Positions 1 through 12,995 of a stretch of DNA of 64,000 bases are shown piece after piece. The stretch comes from Dendrobates tinctorius (lineage: Eukaryota). Numbering within the stretch: position 1 is the first letter of the stretch; each line of letters starts with the position of its first letter. The notes beneath the pieces are model-generated. The model worked only from the letters and a program-made list of their open reading frames with translations, did no database searches and was not told where the DNA came from. Both the position numbers and the translations under genes were made by a program. Location of the stretch: contig NW_027361680.1 in assembly GCF_039654945.1 (NCBI RefSeq), forward strand, positions 558,001-622,000, read 5' to 3'.

Positions 1-504
1 AAATAATTAGTTTTTATATAAAATAGTTTTCATTGCATAAAACCGCCAAAACATAAAAAAAATCTAAATGAGGTATCGCTGTAACCATACAGACCCAAAG
101 AATAAAACCGCTTTATCAATTTTACCGCACGCGGAACGGTGTAAACGCACCCCCCCAAAAGAAATTCTTGAAACAATGGTTTTTGTTCATTCTGCGCCCC
201 AAAAATCGGAATAAAAAGCGATAAAAAAATGTCACGTGCCCGAAAATGGTACCAATAAAAACGTCAACTCGTCCCGCAAAGAATAAGACCTAACATGACT
301 CGGTGGGTCAAAATACAGAAAAATTATAGCTCTCAATATGTGGTGATGCAAAAACTATTTTTACAATAAAAAGCGTCTTTTAGCGTGTGACAGCTGCCAA
401 ACATAAAAACCGCCATAAATAGTAAATCAAACCCCCCATTATCACCCCCTTAGTTAGGGAAAAATAATAAAATAAAACAAATGCATTTATTTCCATTTTC
501 CCAA

Positions 505-618
505 TAGGGTTAGGGTTAGGGCTAGGGTTAGGGTTAGGGCTAGGGTTAGGGCTAGGGCTAGGGTTAGGGCTAGGGTTAGGGCTGAGATAAGGGTTAGGGG
601 TGTGTTGGGGTTAGGGTT
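505..618 (+). repeat. Interstitial telomere-like (TTAGGG/CTAGGG)n tract
   Basis: Mixed ttaggg/ctaggg hexamers, degenerate toward the 3' side. Confidence 0.9.
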
Positions 619-629
619 GGAGTTATAAT

Positions 630-2030
630 TGGGGGTTTCCACTGTTTGGGCACATCAGGGGCTCTCCAAATGCAACATGGCATCTGATCTCAATTCCAGC
701 CAATTCTGCGTTGAAAAAGTCAAATGGTGCTCCTTCCCTTCCATGCTTTGCCATGCGCCCAAACAGTGTTTTACCCCCACATATAGGGTATCAGCATACT
801 CAGGACAAATTGCAAAACAACTTTTGCGGTCCAATTTCTCCTGTTACCCTTAGGAAAATAAAAAATTTGGGGCAAAAATATTATTTTTGCGGAAAAAAAT
901 GATTTTTTAATTTTCACGCCCAGGCGTTATAAACTTCTGTGAAGCACTTGGGGGTTCAAAGTGCTCACCACACATCTAGATAAGTTCCATGGGGGGTCTA
1001 GTTTCCAAAATGGGGTCACTTGTGGGGAGTTTCTATAGTTTAGGTACATCAGGGGCTCTCCAAATGCACATGACACCCGCAGTCCAATCCACCAAAGTGT
1101 GCATTCCAAAACGTCACTACTTCCCTTCCGAGCCCTGACGTGTGCCCATACAGTAGTTTTCTCCCACATATAGGCTGTCAGTGTACTCAGAACAAACTGG
1201 ACAACAACTTTTGGGGTCTAATTTCTCCTTGTACCTTTGGGAAAATAAAAAAAATAGGTGACTAAAAGAACCTCTTTTGTGGAAAAAATACAATTTTTTT
1301 ATTCTCACGCCCGGGCGTTATAAACTTCTGTGAAGCACTGGGGGGTTCAAAGTGCTCACCACACATCTAGATAAGTTTCTTGGGGGGTCTAGTTTCCAAA
1401 ATGATGTCATTTGTGGGGGGTTTCCACTGTTTTGGTACATCAGGGGTTTTCCAATCGCAACATGGTGTCCAATCTCAATTCCAGCCAAAAACGTCAAATG
1501 GCGCTGCTTCCCATCTGCGCTCTGCCATGCACCCAAATAGTCATTTACACCCACATATGGGGTATCAGCATACTCAGGACAAATTGCACAATAACTTTAA
1601 GGGTCCTGTTACCCTTGGGAAAATAAAAATTGGGGGTGAAAAGATCATGTTTGTGGAAAAAATATGATTTTTTTAATTGTACTGCTGTACGTTATGAACT
1701 TCTGTGAAGCCCTTGTGGGTTCAAAGTTCTCACCACATATCTAGATAAGTTCCTTGGGGGGTCTAGTTTCCAAAATGGGGTCACTTGTGGGGGGTTTCCA
1801 CCGTTTAGGTACATCAGGGGCTCTCCAAACGCGACATGGTGTCCGATCTGAATTCCAGCCAATTTTGCATTGAAAAACTCAAACGGCGCTCCTTCCCTTC
1901 TGAGCTCTGCCATGCGCCGAAACAGTGGTTCCCACCCACATATCAGGTGTCAGCGTACTCAGGACAAATTGCACAATAACTTTTGCTGTCCAATTTCTCC
2001 TTTTACCCTTGGTAAAATAAAAAAAATTGA
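630..2030. repeat. About 375-390 bp imperfect tandem repeat, 3-4 units, inside the piggyBac-like element
   Basis: ttat(a/g)aacttctgtgaagc...tcaccaca(c/t)atctagataagtt recurs at about 927, 1318 and 1692. Confidence 0.85.
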
Positions 2031-2667
2031 ACCTGAAGTATTTTTTTAGTGAAAAAAAGTTAAATGTTCATTTTTTTTTAAATATTCAAAAAATTCCTCT
2101 GACGCACCTAAAGGGTTAATAAACTTCTTAAATGTGGTTTTGAGCACCTTAAGGGGTGCAGTTTTTAGAATGGTGTCACTTTTGGGTATTTTCTATCATA
2201 TAGATGCCTCAAAGTGGCTTCAAATGTGATGTGGTCCGTAAAATTAAAATGGTGTTGCAAAAATGAGAAATCGCTGGTCAATTTTTAACACATAACTTCC
2301 TAACAAAAAAAAATTTTGGTTCCAAAATTGTGCTGATGTAAAGTAAACATGTGGGAAATGTTATTTATTAAGGTTTTTGTGTGCTGTATCTCTGTGATTT
2401 AAGGGCATAAAAATTCAAATTTGGAAAATTGCGACATTTTCAAAATTTTCACCAAATTTCCATTTTTTTCACAAATAAACGCAAGTTATATGAATGAAAT
2501 TTTACCACTATCATGAAGTACAATATGTCACGAGCAAACTATGTCAGAATCACCAGGATCCATGGAAGCGTTTCAGAGTTATAACCTCATAAAGGGACAG
2601 TGGTCAGAATTGTAAAAATTGGCCCGGTCATGAACGTGCAAACCACCCTTGGGGCTTAAGGGGTTAA

Positions 2668-3237
2668 AATTATTTTTACACTTTTTGTTTTTCCTTTATT
2701 ATAATGTCCCATGGGGGACATCACTGTCCTTTGACAGATCGCTGAACTGTCACATCACAGATCGCTGTGACAGATCAGCGATCTGTCACAGGCACTGCTG
2801 CAGGCTTCCTCTTGCCTGCGCTCTGCAGGCAGTGAGGAAGCCAGCTCCCTGCAGGCCCCCGAAGGTCCCCATCGCCATATTGGATCTGGGAACCTGCAGG
2901 GAAGGCGACCCCCGCAGCAGCGCTGCACATGGCGATGCTGTGGGGGTCTCAGGGAAGCACGGAGGGAGCCCCCTCCCTGCCGATGCTTCCTTTAACCCCG
3001 ATACACCGCGATCATGTTTGATCGCGGTGTGCCAGGGGTCAACGTGTTGGGGGGCGGTCTGTGACCGCCCCTGACACATTGTGCCGGGTGTCAGCTGTGA
3101 TAATCAGCTGACACCCAGCCGCGATCAGCTGCGCTCCCCCGTGAGCGCAGCTGATCGCATTAGATGTACTATTCCGTCCTTGGGACTTAGGTTCCAGGTC
3201 ACATGGACGGAATATTACGTCCATTGTAGGAAAGGGG
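2668..3237. mobile_element. Terminal fragment of a second piggyBac-like element
   Basis: Ends ...cattgtaggaaagggg|TTAA (3238-3241). GC-rich subterminal hairpins, e.g. 2732-2788. Confidence 0.55.
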
Positions 3238-3574
3238 TTAACCTATGGTGGTGCACTCATGTCCTTGTTTTCCCAACAGCAGTCTATGGGTCCATGTAAA
3301 CATGCCGTACGTGTGCTGTCTGTGTTTAACATAGAAAGTATGTGAGATGCTAATTAGTGTTGAGCTTTCCGATACCGCAAGTATCGGGTATCGGCCGATA
3401 TTTGCCGTATCGGAATTCCGATACCGAGTACCGATACTTTTTTCGTATCGGATACCGGAATCGGAAGTCCAAAATACAATGAGCCACTTTTGTGCCTCTG
3501 ATTGGCTGCCGAAATGACGTCATCATGATGCGCTGTCTGTGCGCATCATGATGCGCCGTCAGTTTGGGCCTTCG

Positions 3575-3935
3575 GGGGGGCTGTGCCGACTGTCCGGGGG
3601 TCTGTACCGGCCTGCCGGTGGTCTGTGCAGGCTCCGGTGGTCTGTGCCGGCCTGCCGGGGGGCTGTACCTGCCTGCCGGTGGTCTGTGCAAGCTCCGGTG
3701 GTCTGTGCCGGCCTGCCGGGGGGCTGTGCCGGCCTGCCGGTGGTCTGTGCAGGCTCCGGGGGTCTGTGTCGGCCTGCCGGTGGTCTGTGCAGGCTCCGGT
3801 GGTCTGTGCCGGCCTGCCGGGGGGCTGTGCCGGCCTGCCGGTGGTCTGTGCAGGCTCCGGTGGTCTGTGCCGACCTGCCGGGGGGCTGTGCCGGCCTGCC
3901 GGTGGTCTGTGCAGGCTCTGGGGGTCTGTGCAGGC
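3575..3935. repeat. GC-rich minisatellite (ccggcctgccggtggtctgtg-type units) in the hAT left arm; inverted copies at about 9120-9480 and 25640-25980
   Basis: Direct inspection; source of many spurious overlapping ORFs. Confidence 0.9.
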
Positions 3936-4079
3936 ATCGTCCGATGGGACTACAAGTCCCATCGGGCGATGCCTGCTACCATGACAGTGATTGACACATT
4001 AGCCAATGATGGGACAGTAGTAGTCCCATCATCCGGCTAATGTGTTGAATGTAAAAAAAAAAAAAAAAAAAAAAAAATT

Positions 4080-4510
4080 TACATGCTACATACATGCTAC
4101 ATACATACAACATGCATACTACATATATACTACATGTAACATACATACTACGTACATGCTACATACATACTACATACATAATACATATATACTACATGCA
4201 TGCAACATACATACAACATATATACTACATGCATGCAACATGCATACTACATATATACTACATATATACTACATGTAACATACATACTACATATATACTA
4301 CATGCAACATGCATACTACATACATACTACATATATACCACATGCATGCAACATACATAATACATATATACTACATGCATGCAACATACATACTACATAT
4401 ATACCACATGCATGCAACATGCATACTACATATATACTGCATATATACTACATGCATGCAACATACATATATACTACATACAATACATACATATAGACAT
4501 ACAGTACATA
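4080..4510. repeat. Low-complexity (TACA/CATG)n microsatellite; inverted copies at about 8760-8985 and 25270-25480
   Basis: Direct inspection. Confidence 0.9.
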
Positions 4511-4881
4511 TAACATAGAGTACATACTCACCGTCACTTGTCACTTTGATCCCCGAAGCCATTGTCGCCTGAGGAATAAATATCAAAATAAAAAAACACC
4601 AATATACTTACCCCGATCAGCAGAAGTCCACGAGGGTCCCACGTCCATCTTGCGTGGAGAACAGCAGCATCAGCTGATGCTACCGTTCTCTACCAGCTCC
4701 AGGAATACAATGACGGAAGGTAGGTATCCTTCCGCACTGTATTCCTCCACCACTGTAAAATAAAAGTCCCTAGTCTCACTTTATGCCATTGCTGCGTGGG
4801 AATTTCCCATGCAGCAATGGCATAAAGTGAGACTAGGGACTTTTTTTTTTTTTTAAATCTACAGGTACGTTCCCTAAAACA

Positions 4882-6944
4882 GTGATGCCCAGATCTACGA
4901 CATTTCCTGCCTTATCGATATGCCCACAAGTTGAGATATTTTGTAAAATGGTGATTGAGGAGTTTAAAAAGATCCCTACAAATATCTATAGAGACAACCT
5001 GTCATTTAAGCAAAGAAAGGCACTGAAGGAGTTACAACAGATGAATGATGTGGTAATTAAAGCCGCCGACAAAGGCAGAAATGTTATCTGGCCTATTGAT
5101 AAGTACGAAAAGGAGGCTTTTCGGCAGTTAAAAAATAAGGATACATATCAGCAATTAACGAACAATCCCACTGTACCATTTGCCCAATCCTTGGAGAGAA
5201 TACTATTTAACGCATTGGAGTCGGGTTTGATTCCTAAAAAAATTTTTGATGGACTTATGACTAGGAATCCGAGGGTTCCAACTTTTTATTTGTTACCCAA
5301 AGTACACAAGGATCTAGTCAATCCTCCGGGTCGTCCCATTGTGGCTGGCATAGGGGGGCTATGCGATATGACATGTAAATTTATTGATTATTATTTGAAA
5401 CCTATTGTCGAGACGCTGCCCTCCTATGTCAGGGATACCACCGATTTGTTGAATAAAATCAATGGGATTACCTTGGAGGATGACATGATCCTTGTGGCTA
5501 TCGACATTGAGTCATTGTATACGTCCATTAATCATGTGGACGGATTGGCGGCAGTGCGTTTCTATTTAGAGATGCTGAGTCAGGATGGGCATTGGTGTGA
5601 GTTTCTTTTAGAACTTTTGGAATTTGTCTTATCTCACAACTATTTTGTTTTTAAGGATCGTTTTTTTTGCAGAGGCGAGGCACTGCTATGGGTGCGGCTT
5701 GCGCCCCGTCCTATGCTAACCTGTTTCTCGGCTTCTGGGAGAGGCAGGTTTTCTTTGGGGGCGGGGCGCTTGCCGTAAACCATGTGCAGTGCTGGTATCG
5801 TTATATCGATGACGTCTTTGCCATTTGGCAGGGGTCGTCATCTGATTTCCAGGATTTCATGCATTATCTAAATTTGAATAATTTCAATCTCAAATTTACT
5901 TATAAATGGCATAAATCTAGTATTGAATTCCTGGATGTTTTAATCAGGGCTGATGTGGGAGGCCTGATTCAAACGGATTTGTTTCGTAAAGAAACAGCGG
6001 TGAACTCTCTACTACATGCGTCCTCTGCCCATATTTCACCAATAATTCGTGCCATCCCTAGGGGACAATTTTTAAGAACAAGGCGTATTTGCTCTACAGA
6101 GATAATGTTTGAAAAACAGGCTAAAGATTTGGGGCACCGATTTAAGGCCAGAGGGTACAGCAATAGATGTATCAAGTATGGGTATAGGAGGGCCAAGCAG
6201 GCCTCACGTGATGATCTATTAGCCAAACCTATCAGTACTCGGCAAGACACCAATAAAGACACTATTTGTTTTGTGTCCACATCTAACTGCCAGTGGGATC
6301 GTATGCGGAAAATCTTTGATAAATGTTGGCCAATCTTGCATACATTTACCACTTTGGCAGCATATTTGCCTTCACAGCCAAAAATCATTCCCAGACGCAG
6401 CTGAAATTTGAAAGATCACCTAGTAAAAAGTCACTATGTACCCCCAATACCATCAGTTCGTGGTATAACCCGTATACAGGGATGTTTCCCCTGTGGGAGA
6501 TGTGTTGCGTGTCCTAACATTTGCAAAACTACATCTTTTACCACTTCTGATGGGAAAAAGACTTTTTCCATTAAGAGCTATATTACATGCAACACATCAA
6601 ATGTGGTATACTATGCCACTTGTCCCTGCAATAAAATTTATGTTGTACTTACATCTCGAGAACTTAAAGTTCGGGTACGCGAACATGTTAGGGACATAGT
6701 GGCATCCAGAGATATTCAGGACATTTCCAGTTTAAAAACCCTCCCGAAGCATTTTAAATTGTTTCATAGTGCCAATCCTAAGGGTCTATTAGTCCGTGGG
6801 ATTGACAGGATTGATTGTGGCATTCGTGGAGGCAATGCTAAGAAGATTCTTGCACAACATGAATGTAGGTGGATTGTGATGTTAGATACTTTAGCCCCAG
6901 CAGGTTTGAATGAAACCAATACTTTTGTCCCTTTTCTCAGCTAA
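4882..6944 (+). pseudogene. PLE reverse transcriptase / GIY-YIG endonuclease, disrupted
   Basis: Motifs IKAADKG, FYLLPKVHK..PPGRPIV, DIESLYT, GTAMG..APSYANL, RYIDD, CFPCGRCVAC and NVVYYATCPCNKIYV..T.R.LK.R..EH. Frameshift in the T-run near 5665 and TGA at 6402-6404. Confidence 0.92.
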
Positions 6945-7899
6945 AGATTGATCTATTAGTTCTGACTTCCTGGTTTTTAACTATCATTTGTGATCTTCCT
7001 ATTTTCATTGGGATCACAGTAAATTTGATTATGGTTGAGGGCTTCCTTTCTTATTCTGCCATGGTTTGATGATTATTTATATATGATGTGTCTGTGTCCT
7101 TAGTTGTGTTTTTTAGAATTGTTTTTTAACTTTTATGTCTGTTTTTCCTTGTTTATTTTTAGTTTTATTGTCTTTGATGCCCATGTTTGAATGCGGAAGA
7201 GTCGGTTTTAACAGCGTTTCTTACAACTAGTTGGATCAACAGTCGTTTTCTCTAGGAGATCACATTGTTTGGGACTTTCCGGAAGCACGGATGTTTTGGA
7301 CGTCTGGAAGACAAATAATGCTGTACAATTTTGATCCTGAATTTCCTATGCCTTATTGAAGAGCTGTTATTATTTTTTAAGGGCCATGGTTATGGGGGAG
7401 GAGGGGTGGGGTGGGATGGCTCTCTATTTTTCAACGCATGGTTGATTGTAGTGTGTCAAGATGTTTAAAAAGGGATTTATAACAATAATTTCTTTCACTA
7501 TTTAATGGTGATTATATGGTATCTGTATTATTATATATCGTCATGTTAATGATATTCTAATTTTAATGTTTGACATTTGTACAATAATGGTATTTATATA
7601 TATGATCCGTGATCTGTAATTGATGCATAACACCATATTCTTAGTGAGCTGTATGGTATCCTATTATGATACTTTTGACATTACTATAATCATGTATTGG
7701 GATCCTCTCTTTTTCTGACCTCTTGGCCGTGAGCTTCTTTAGATTCTTGTCTCCTTTCTATGTGGCCTTTTTCTATGACACCTTATATACCATTATAACT
7801 ATGTAATGGGAGCCCCCCTCCCTGTCACCATCATTCGGTCTGTGAAGCAGTCCGATGACTTGTTTAGACCGTACCATTATGGCCGCTTACAATAGGTCT

Positions 7900-8130
7900 C
7901 CGGGAAAATGGCGCTGATCCTGTGCGCATGCGTGGTGTGTTTGTTACCGGTCGCGATGTTTCGGCCATCATTCTGTGAGCCGCGCGCGTGTTTATGACGT
8001 CTAGTGGTATTACCACACACGCGCGCTGCTCATTGATGGAGGTGAATCATCGCGTGGTTACCGTGTGGCCGCACTGCGCATGCGCCGACTCCGATTGGTG
8101 ACACCTGGAGCAGGGCGCTTATATATGAGT
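7900..8130 (+). promoter_or_regulatory. Putative PLE pseudo-LTR promoter
   Basis: CpG-rich block with YY1-like AAAATGGCG (7905), NRF1-like TGCGCATGCG (7923, 8075), ATTGG (8094) and TATATAT (8120-8126), about 30 nt before the hammerhead. Motif matches only. Confidence 0.5.
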
Positions 8131-8150
8131 GTTTGAGGATAGATAGGCAC

Positions 8151-8193
8151 CTCCCCTTGAGAAAGCCGAGGCGAAACGCGCGTCGGGGTTGAG
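8151..8193 (+). ncRNA. Minimal type I hammerhead ribozyme, U3-A8 variant
   Basis: CCCC-UUGAGAA-A-GCC GA GGC-GAAA-CGCGCG-UC-GGGG: stem I, core, stem II and palindromic stem III ACGCGCGU. Confidence 0.8.
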
Positions 8194-9661
8194 CGCGGTA
8201 TCCTCCCCGCATCTGGTAACCCTTATGGGTAAGTGGCATGAGCCTTACAGATACTGGGCATGATCCCAGAAGTGATTGATTTAATACTTTTCTGAGCTAG
8301 AATCTATTCATAATACTTCGGGCCCTATGCTTTATACCATATCTGGATGTCTTAGACTCATATAGATATTGTCCTTGGATATTAAGCATAGTATGCCTTT
8401 TTTTGTCTAGTGTATGCTACATATTGGTAGTATACGGCTCTTTTGCTCGCTGCCACTTTGTATGTAGGGAGTTTTTTACCTTGCGCTGCACTGGGATTAT
8501 CCTTTTTGTATCTAACTCCATTATGTGTTTATATATGTCTGATATGGTTTTTAACTTGTATCAATAAAGATTTACATATTTTTTTCTATATTCTAATGTG
8601 GTTTATGGTTACTCTATTTTTTCTTCTGGATTACATGTTATTTGGAGTACTCCACTATTATTAAATTTGTCCTTACTATTAGGTGGGGGAATCATGATGG
8701 TTATTTAACTAGTTCCCGATCACATTTATTAAGTTATGAAGGTTTTGAATTGTTTTTCAATGTAGTATATATAGTATATATATATAGTATGCATGTTGCA
8801 TGCATGTAGTATATATGTTGTATGTATGTTGCATGCATGTAGTATATATGTATTATGTATGTAGTATGTATGTAGCATGTATGTAGCATGCATGTAGTAT
8901 GTAGCATGTATGTAGTATGTATGTTACATGTAGTATATATGTAGTATGCATGTTGTATGTATGTAGCATGTATGTAGCATGTAATTTTTTTTTTTTTTTT
9001 ACATTCAACACATTAGCCGGAGGATGGGACTACTACTGTCCCATCATTGGCTAATGTGTCAATCACTGTCATGGTAGCAGGCATCGCCCGATGGGACTTG
9101 TAGTCCCATCGGACGATGCCTGCACAGACTACCGGAGCCTGCACAGACCACCGGCAGGCCGGCACAGCCCCCCGGCAGGCCGGCACAGCCCCCCGGAGCC
9201 TGCACAGACCACCGGCAGGCCGGCACAGCCCCCCGGCAGGCCGGCACAGACCACCGGCAGGCCGGCACAGCCCCCCGGCAGGCCGGCACAGACCACCGGA
9301 GCCTGCACAGACCCCCCGGCAGGCCGGCACAGCCCCCGGAAGGCCGGCACAGACCACCGGAGCCTGCACAGACCCCCCGGCAGGCCGGCACAGCCCCCCG
9401 GCAGGCCGGCACAGACCACCGGAGCCTGCACAGACCCCCCGGCAGGCCGGCACAGCCCCCCGAAAGGCCCGTACAGACCCCAGAGAGGCTGTACAAGGCA
9501 AAAATAGGGTTTTTCTTTTTCCGATACCGGAAGTCCCATAGACTTGAATGGGACTTCCGGTATCGGAATCGGCGATACCCGATATTTTTTTTAGATCGGC
9601 CGATACCATCCGATCCGATACTTTTAAGTATCGGACGGTATCGCTCAACACTAATGCTAAT

Positions 9662-12280
9662 GTAATTTCATTTCCAGTATCAATACTAGAAAAACACGGA
9701 CGGCACATGGACGACACACTGATTGAACACACTGGCGACACCGATATCGGTGTAACACATACGTGTTTTATATGGACATGTGAAGGGGGTTTAACAGTGT
9801 TGTTGGTGGAATATTTCAGGATTGGGGGCCCCACTTTGAATTTTGACCAGGGCCCCATTTTATCTAAAACCGGACCTGTCTGTGACAGAGCACTCAGTGC
9901 ACGGGCGGCCATTGCTCTCGGCAGTGCAGTCCTGTTTACACAGAACGATGCTCTGCTGAGAACAATGATCTTTTGCGCAAATCAAAAGATCATTTCACCC
10001 ATTGAGCAAGTATTTTGCTCATTCATCTACGTCAGGGGTGGGCAAATAATTTTCCTAAGGGGTCACATGAGGAACTTGGACAGTTGTAGAGAGCCAAACC
10101 AATCAGCTGAACTTAATTCAGCTCAATATTTTATTGTTTTTGAAAATACGGTTTAAATTAGATGTACAGTATATACGGGTAAGAATACAGGTTACATAAG
10201 CTTTATAGTAAAATCTACTAAAAGCTAGCCAGGATATGTTACCCCTACACCAAAGCAAGTACATTTTCACTTCTTTAATTGTCTTTTTAACTAGCAATGC
10301 AATGATGGCTTATTGCATACTTGCATTCATGTGTCCGTCTGGCGACGGAGAATCCTCACAGTCGGTAGGATTCACAGGTCTGCAGTTATATAGAGCGTCT
10401 GAAGACTTGTAACCTAAAGGATGGACAACTCCTGTCATGATATTTTCCAGTTATAAATTTCTAGCATTTAATCTCCAGCACTGGATTAAAATAATAAAAT
10501 ATGATGTTACTCACCCCAAATTTAGCTCTACCATTTTGCCACTGCACTGATCTCTATTTACTGGCTGTAGTAGTGACAGCCCAACTACAGCTCACATCAC
10601 TGCTGCTGCCAATCACAGAGCTCAGCAGCTCATGTGGTCTGCATGGAGCGGAGTCGCTGAGCTCATTGGCTGTGGAGGTGAGGTCTGCTGCACTCGTCCC
10701 ATCACCACTGCAGTCAGTAACCAGAGACCATAGCAGAGGCAGAGAGGTGGCCATGGAATAGCGTAGGGTGCATAACTTCCTATTTTATTATTGTAACCTA
10801 CTACTAGCTATTTGAGGCAAAAAAATCATAACTGGAAAATATCATTAAATAATAACGTACACTTACACTTCGTTCACTGGCAGCGTTCTTGCACTCTGAG
10901 CCTCGTGTACCCATGTCATTGTCACAAGCATGTCATTGTCACAGGGAGGCTGCAGTTATCCGCAGCCACAAGAGACACATGGTTGAAAGCAGCTGAATGA
11001 CACCTGTGTATTTTTCTGTTATTATTTTATGCAGCTGGTTACTGACATGTAGACGGGTTTACCATTATTGAGGTTATCCACAATGAGCCGTAACTGATTG
11101 GCTGCAGCCTTTACAGTTTTGTCAGAGCAGACATCCACCCTGACAGAATATTGATCAGCTGCAGCCAAGTCACATTACCCTCCGCCAACAGCAGAGCCGA
11201 CATTGCCAGAACGGTGTCACTGCTGGAGGGGAGTATTCATTATTTCCATTTTAACTAGGATCCTAAAATGATTACGGGAATCTGTCATGCCAGATAATGC
11301 AATTTACCTGCAGGTATGTTGTTAATCTGCAGGTAAATAGCTTTAGGCTATATTCCCATGATCAAAGCGCGGCAGTCTATTGAACGCAGGTGAATCCCCA
11401 TGTGATCACTGAACCGTGTGAATTCACTGTGTCCAATACATTATGTGAGTGACATGGAGGCTCGCATCTCCACAAGACAAACTGACATATTGCGGTCCTG
11501 AACGACGCGCCACATGTCAGTGTCAGTGTGTGATCCACGGGTGTCTGTGGATGCATAGTAAACATAGGATTTCTTGAAATCTCATCCACTATGCTGTAAC
11601 ATCTAGTCGCTGAGGTTTTGACCCTGCACAAGTACTAATACTGATTGTCTGCAAGTAACTTTAGAAAGCCATTCAGCTGCTACAATTTCGACCCAGCAAC
11701 CGGGAAGGATTTAACTTTATTCCTACCGGCAGCATCTCACATTCAGAGATACTGCTTCAGTACATCATGAGTGGCAGATATAAGCAGTAGAGCCAGGTCT
11801 GTACTGATGCACTACAAGGCAAGCTGTCAAAGTATCGGGACATGCTTACAGCGGCTCCTCACTATGTACGGAGCGGTAACTGTAGCCGAGTCTCAGCCTG
11901 AGGCTGCCGGGAGGATTCAAGTTAATTTCTTCCCATAACTGAGCTTTCAATGCGGTTGCACAGCTGTAGAACACTATTAACCTGTAGATTAAACCTCTAT
12001 CTGCAGGTTAATAGCGTTTACACATTATGAATGTCATTTCTATACATGTGCCTTATTTAAAGGGGTTGTCTAGGCTTGGGGCTCAAGTCTCCAGTTACTC
12101 TATGTAACGGTGTATGCATTGTCAGGATTCTCTATGAGCAGGCAGTTGTGTGACCACAAGTACGTGATTTGCATTCTTCCGACCACATTTTGGCTAGACG
12201 TGTCCAGCCTCGCTCAATACACTTGCAATATCTAGTCAGATTGTGGCCGGGAGTACGCAAATCACATACATTTGATATAT
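9662..12280. mobile_element. Cluster of degenerate MITE-like fragments, including a TTAA-AGGGGTTGTC Kolobok/T2-type start at 12061; duplicated at about 26160-28765
   Basis: Short internal inverted repeats and a TTAA|AGG terminus. No coding signal; individual boundaries not resolved. Confidence 0.4.
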
Positions 12281-12995
12281 TGTGATACATGCCTCCTTTC
12301 CCATGTGTGCTGTTTTCCTCGCACTGCATGTCCTCCTGCCAGGTTGGGTCAGTCTCTATGTCATCCACCACCTCATCTTCCACATCCGCACCATGCTCCT
12401 CCTCCTGACTTTCCGGCAATTGTGTCTCATCATCATTCACCTCAGGTGACCGTGGCTGCTCAAAGATTTGTGCATCGCTACATGGAATATCATCTTGCCC
12501 CACTTCAAGTGGAGCGGGCGAGAGGCACGAATCTCCAAATGGATAACTGAACAGCTCTTTGGAGTGTCCGAGTGTGGTATCAGTTGTCTCAGGGCACTCG
12601 ACATAGTGGGAGGAAGTAGGATCAGGGTGAGTAGTATCTGGTCAAGAGTCACGGCTACTCACAGTTGACCATGTGGAAGATGTGGTGGTGGTGGTGGCTA
12701 AGTGACTGGAAGCATTATCTGCTATCCAATCAACAACCGTTTCACATTGCTCTGGATTCAATAGTGGTGTGGTTCGGTTCCCTAGAAACTGGGACAGGAA
12801 GGTCGAGTGTGCAGATGTGGGTCTTTGCTGTGGCACACTTTCTGCTTGACCCCGGCCTCATCCTCTGCATGCACCATCAGCATCACGTCCACTTCCCCGT
12901 CCCTTGCCTTGCCCATTTTAAATGAATTTCTGAAATATTTCAAAACCTCAATACAAATGGATTTCTTATGAGAAAAATTAGATGTGATAAGTATG

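Larger units (their letters stand above)
1..2663. mobile_element. piggyBac-like non-autonomous DNA transposon, one end visible
   Basis: Ends ...cttggggcttaagggg|TTAA (TTAA 2664-2667), a CCC/GGG terminus at a TTAA target. No transposase seen. Contains internal tandem repeats. Confidence 0.65.
4855..8755 (+). mobile_element. Penelope-like retroelement 1, 5'-truncated, with 3' pseudo-LTR
   Basis: RT + GIY-YIG coding region followed by an AT-rich 3' region, a CpG-rich promoter-like block, a hammerhead motif and AATAAA (8563-8568). Boundaries approximate. Confidence 0.88.
3355..9653. mobile_element. Non-autonomous palindromic (foldback) hAT element interrupted by a Penelope-like element
   Basis: TIRs tagtgttgagc...gctcaacacta. 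Perfect 8-bp TSD ATGCTAAT (3347-3354, 9654-9661). Arms are mirror images around a hairpin centred at 4803. Confidence 0.9.

Noticed and set aside
505-618. True telomere or chromosome fusion site
   Set aside because: Short, degenerate, single orientation, and embedded in transposon sequence.
3350-4040. Many overlapping ORFs of 130-300 aa (also 9013-9912, 21450-21828, 25531-26410)
   Set aside because: They arise from a stop-poor GC minisatellite open in most frames; the peptides are repetitive.
4042-4586. His/Tyr/Thr-rich ORFs
   Set aside because: Translations of the (TACA)n microsatellite.
6402-6404. In-frame TGA in PLE1 as a selenocysteine codon
   Set aside because: Not at a Cys-motif position (RRS*NLKD). 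CGA>TGA decay is simpler, the copy is also frameshifted, and no SECIS was identified.
9548-10156. 202-aa ORF present in both duplicate copies
   Set aside because: Crosses a hAT TIR/TSD and MITE fragments with no recognisable motif; recurrence is due to the duplication.
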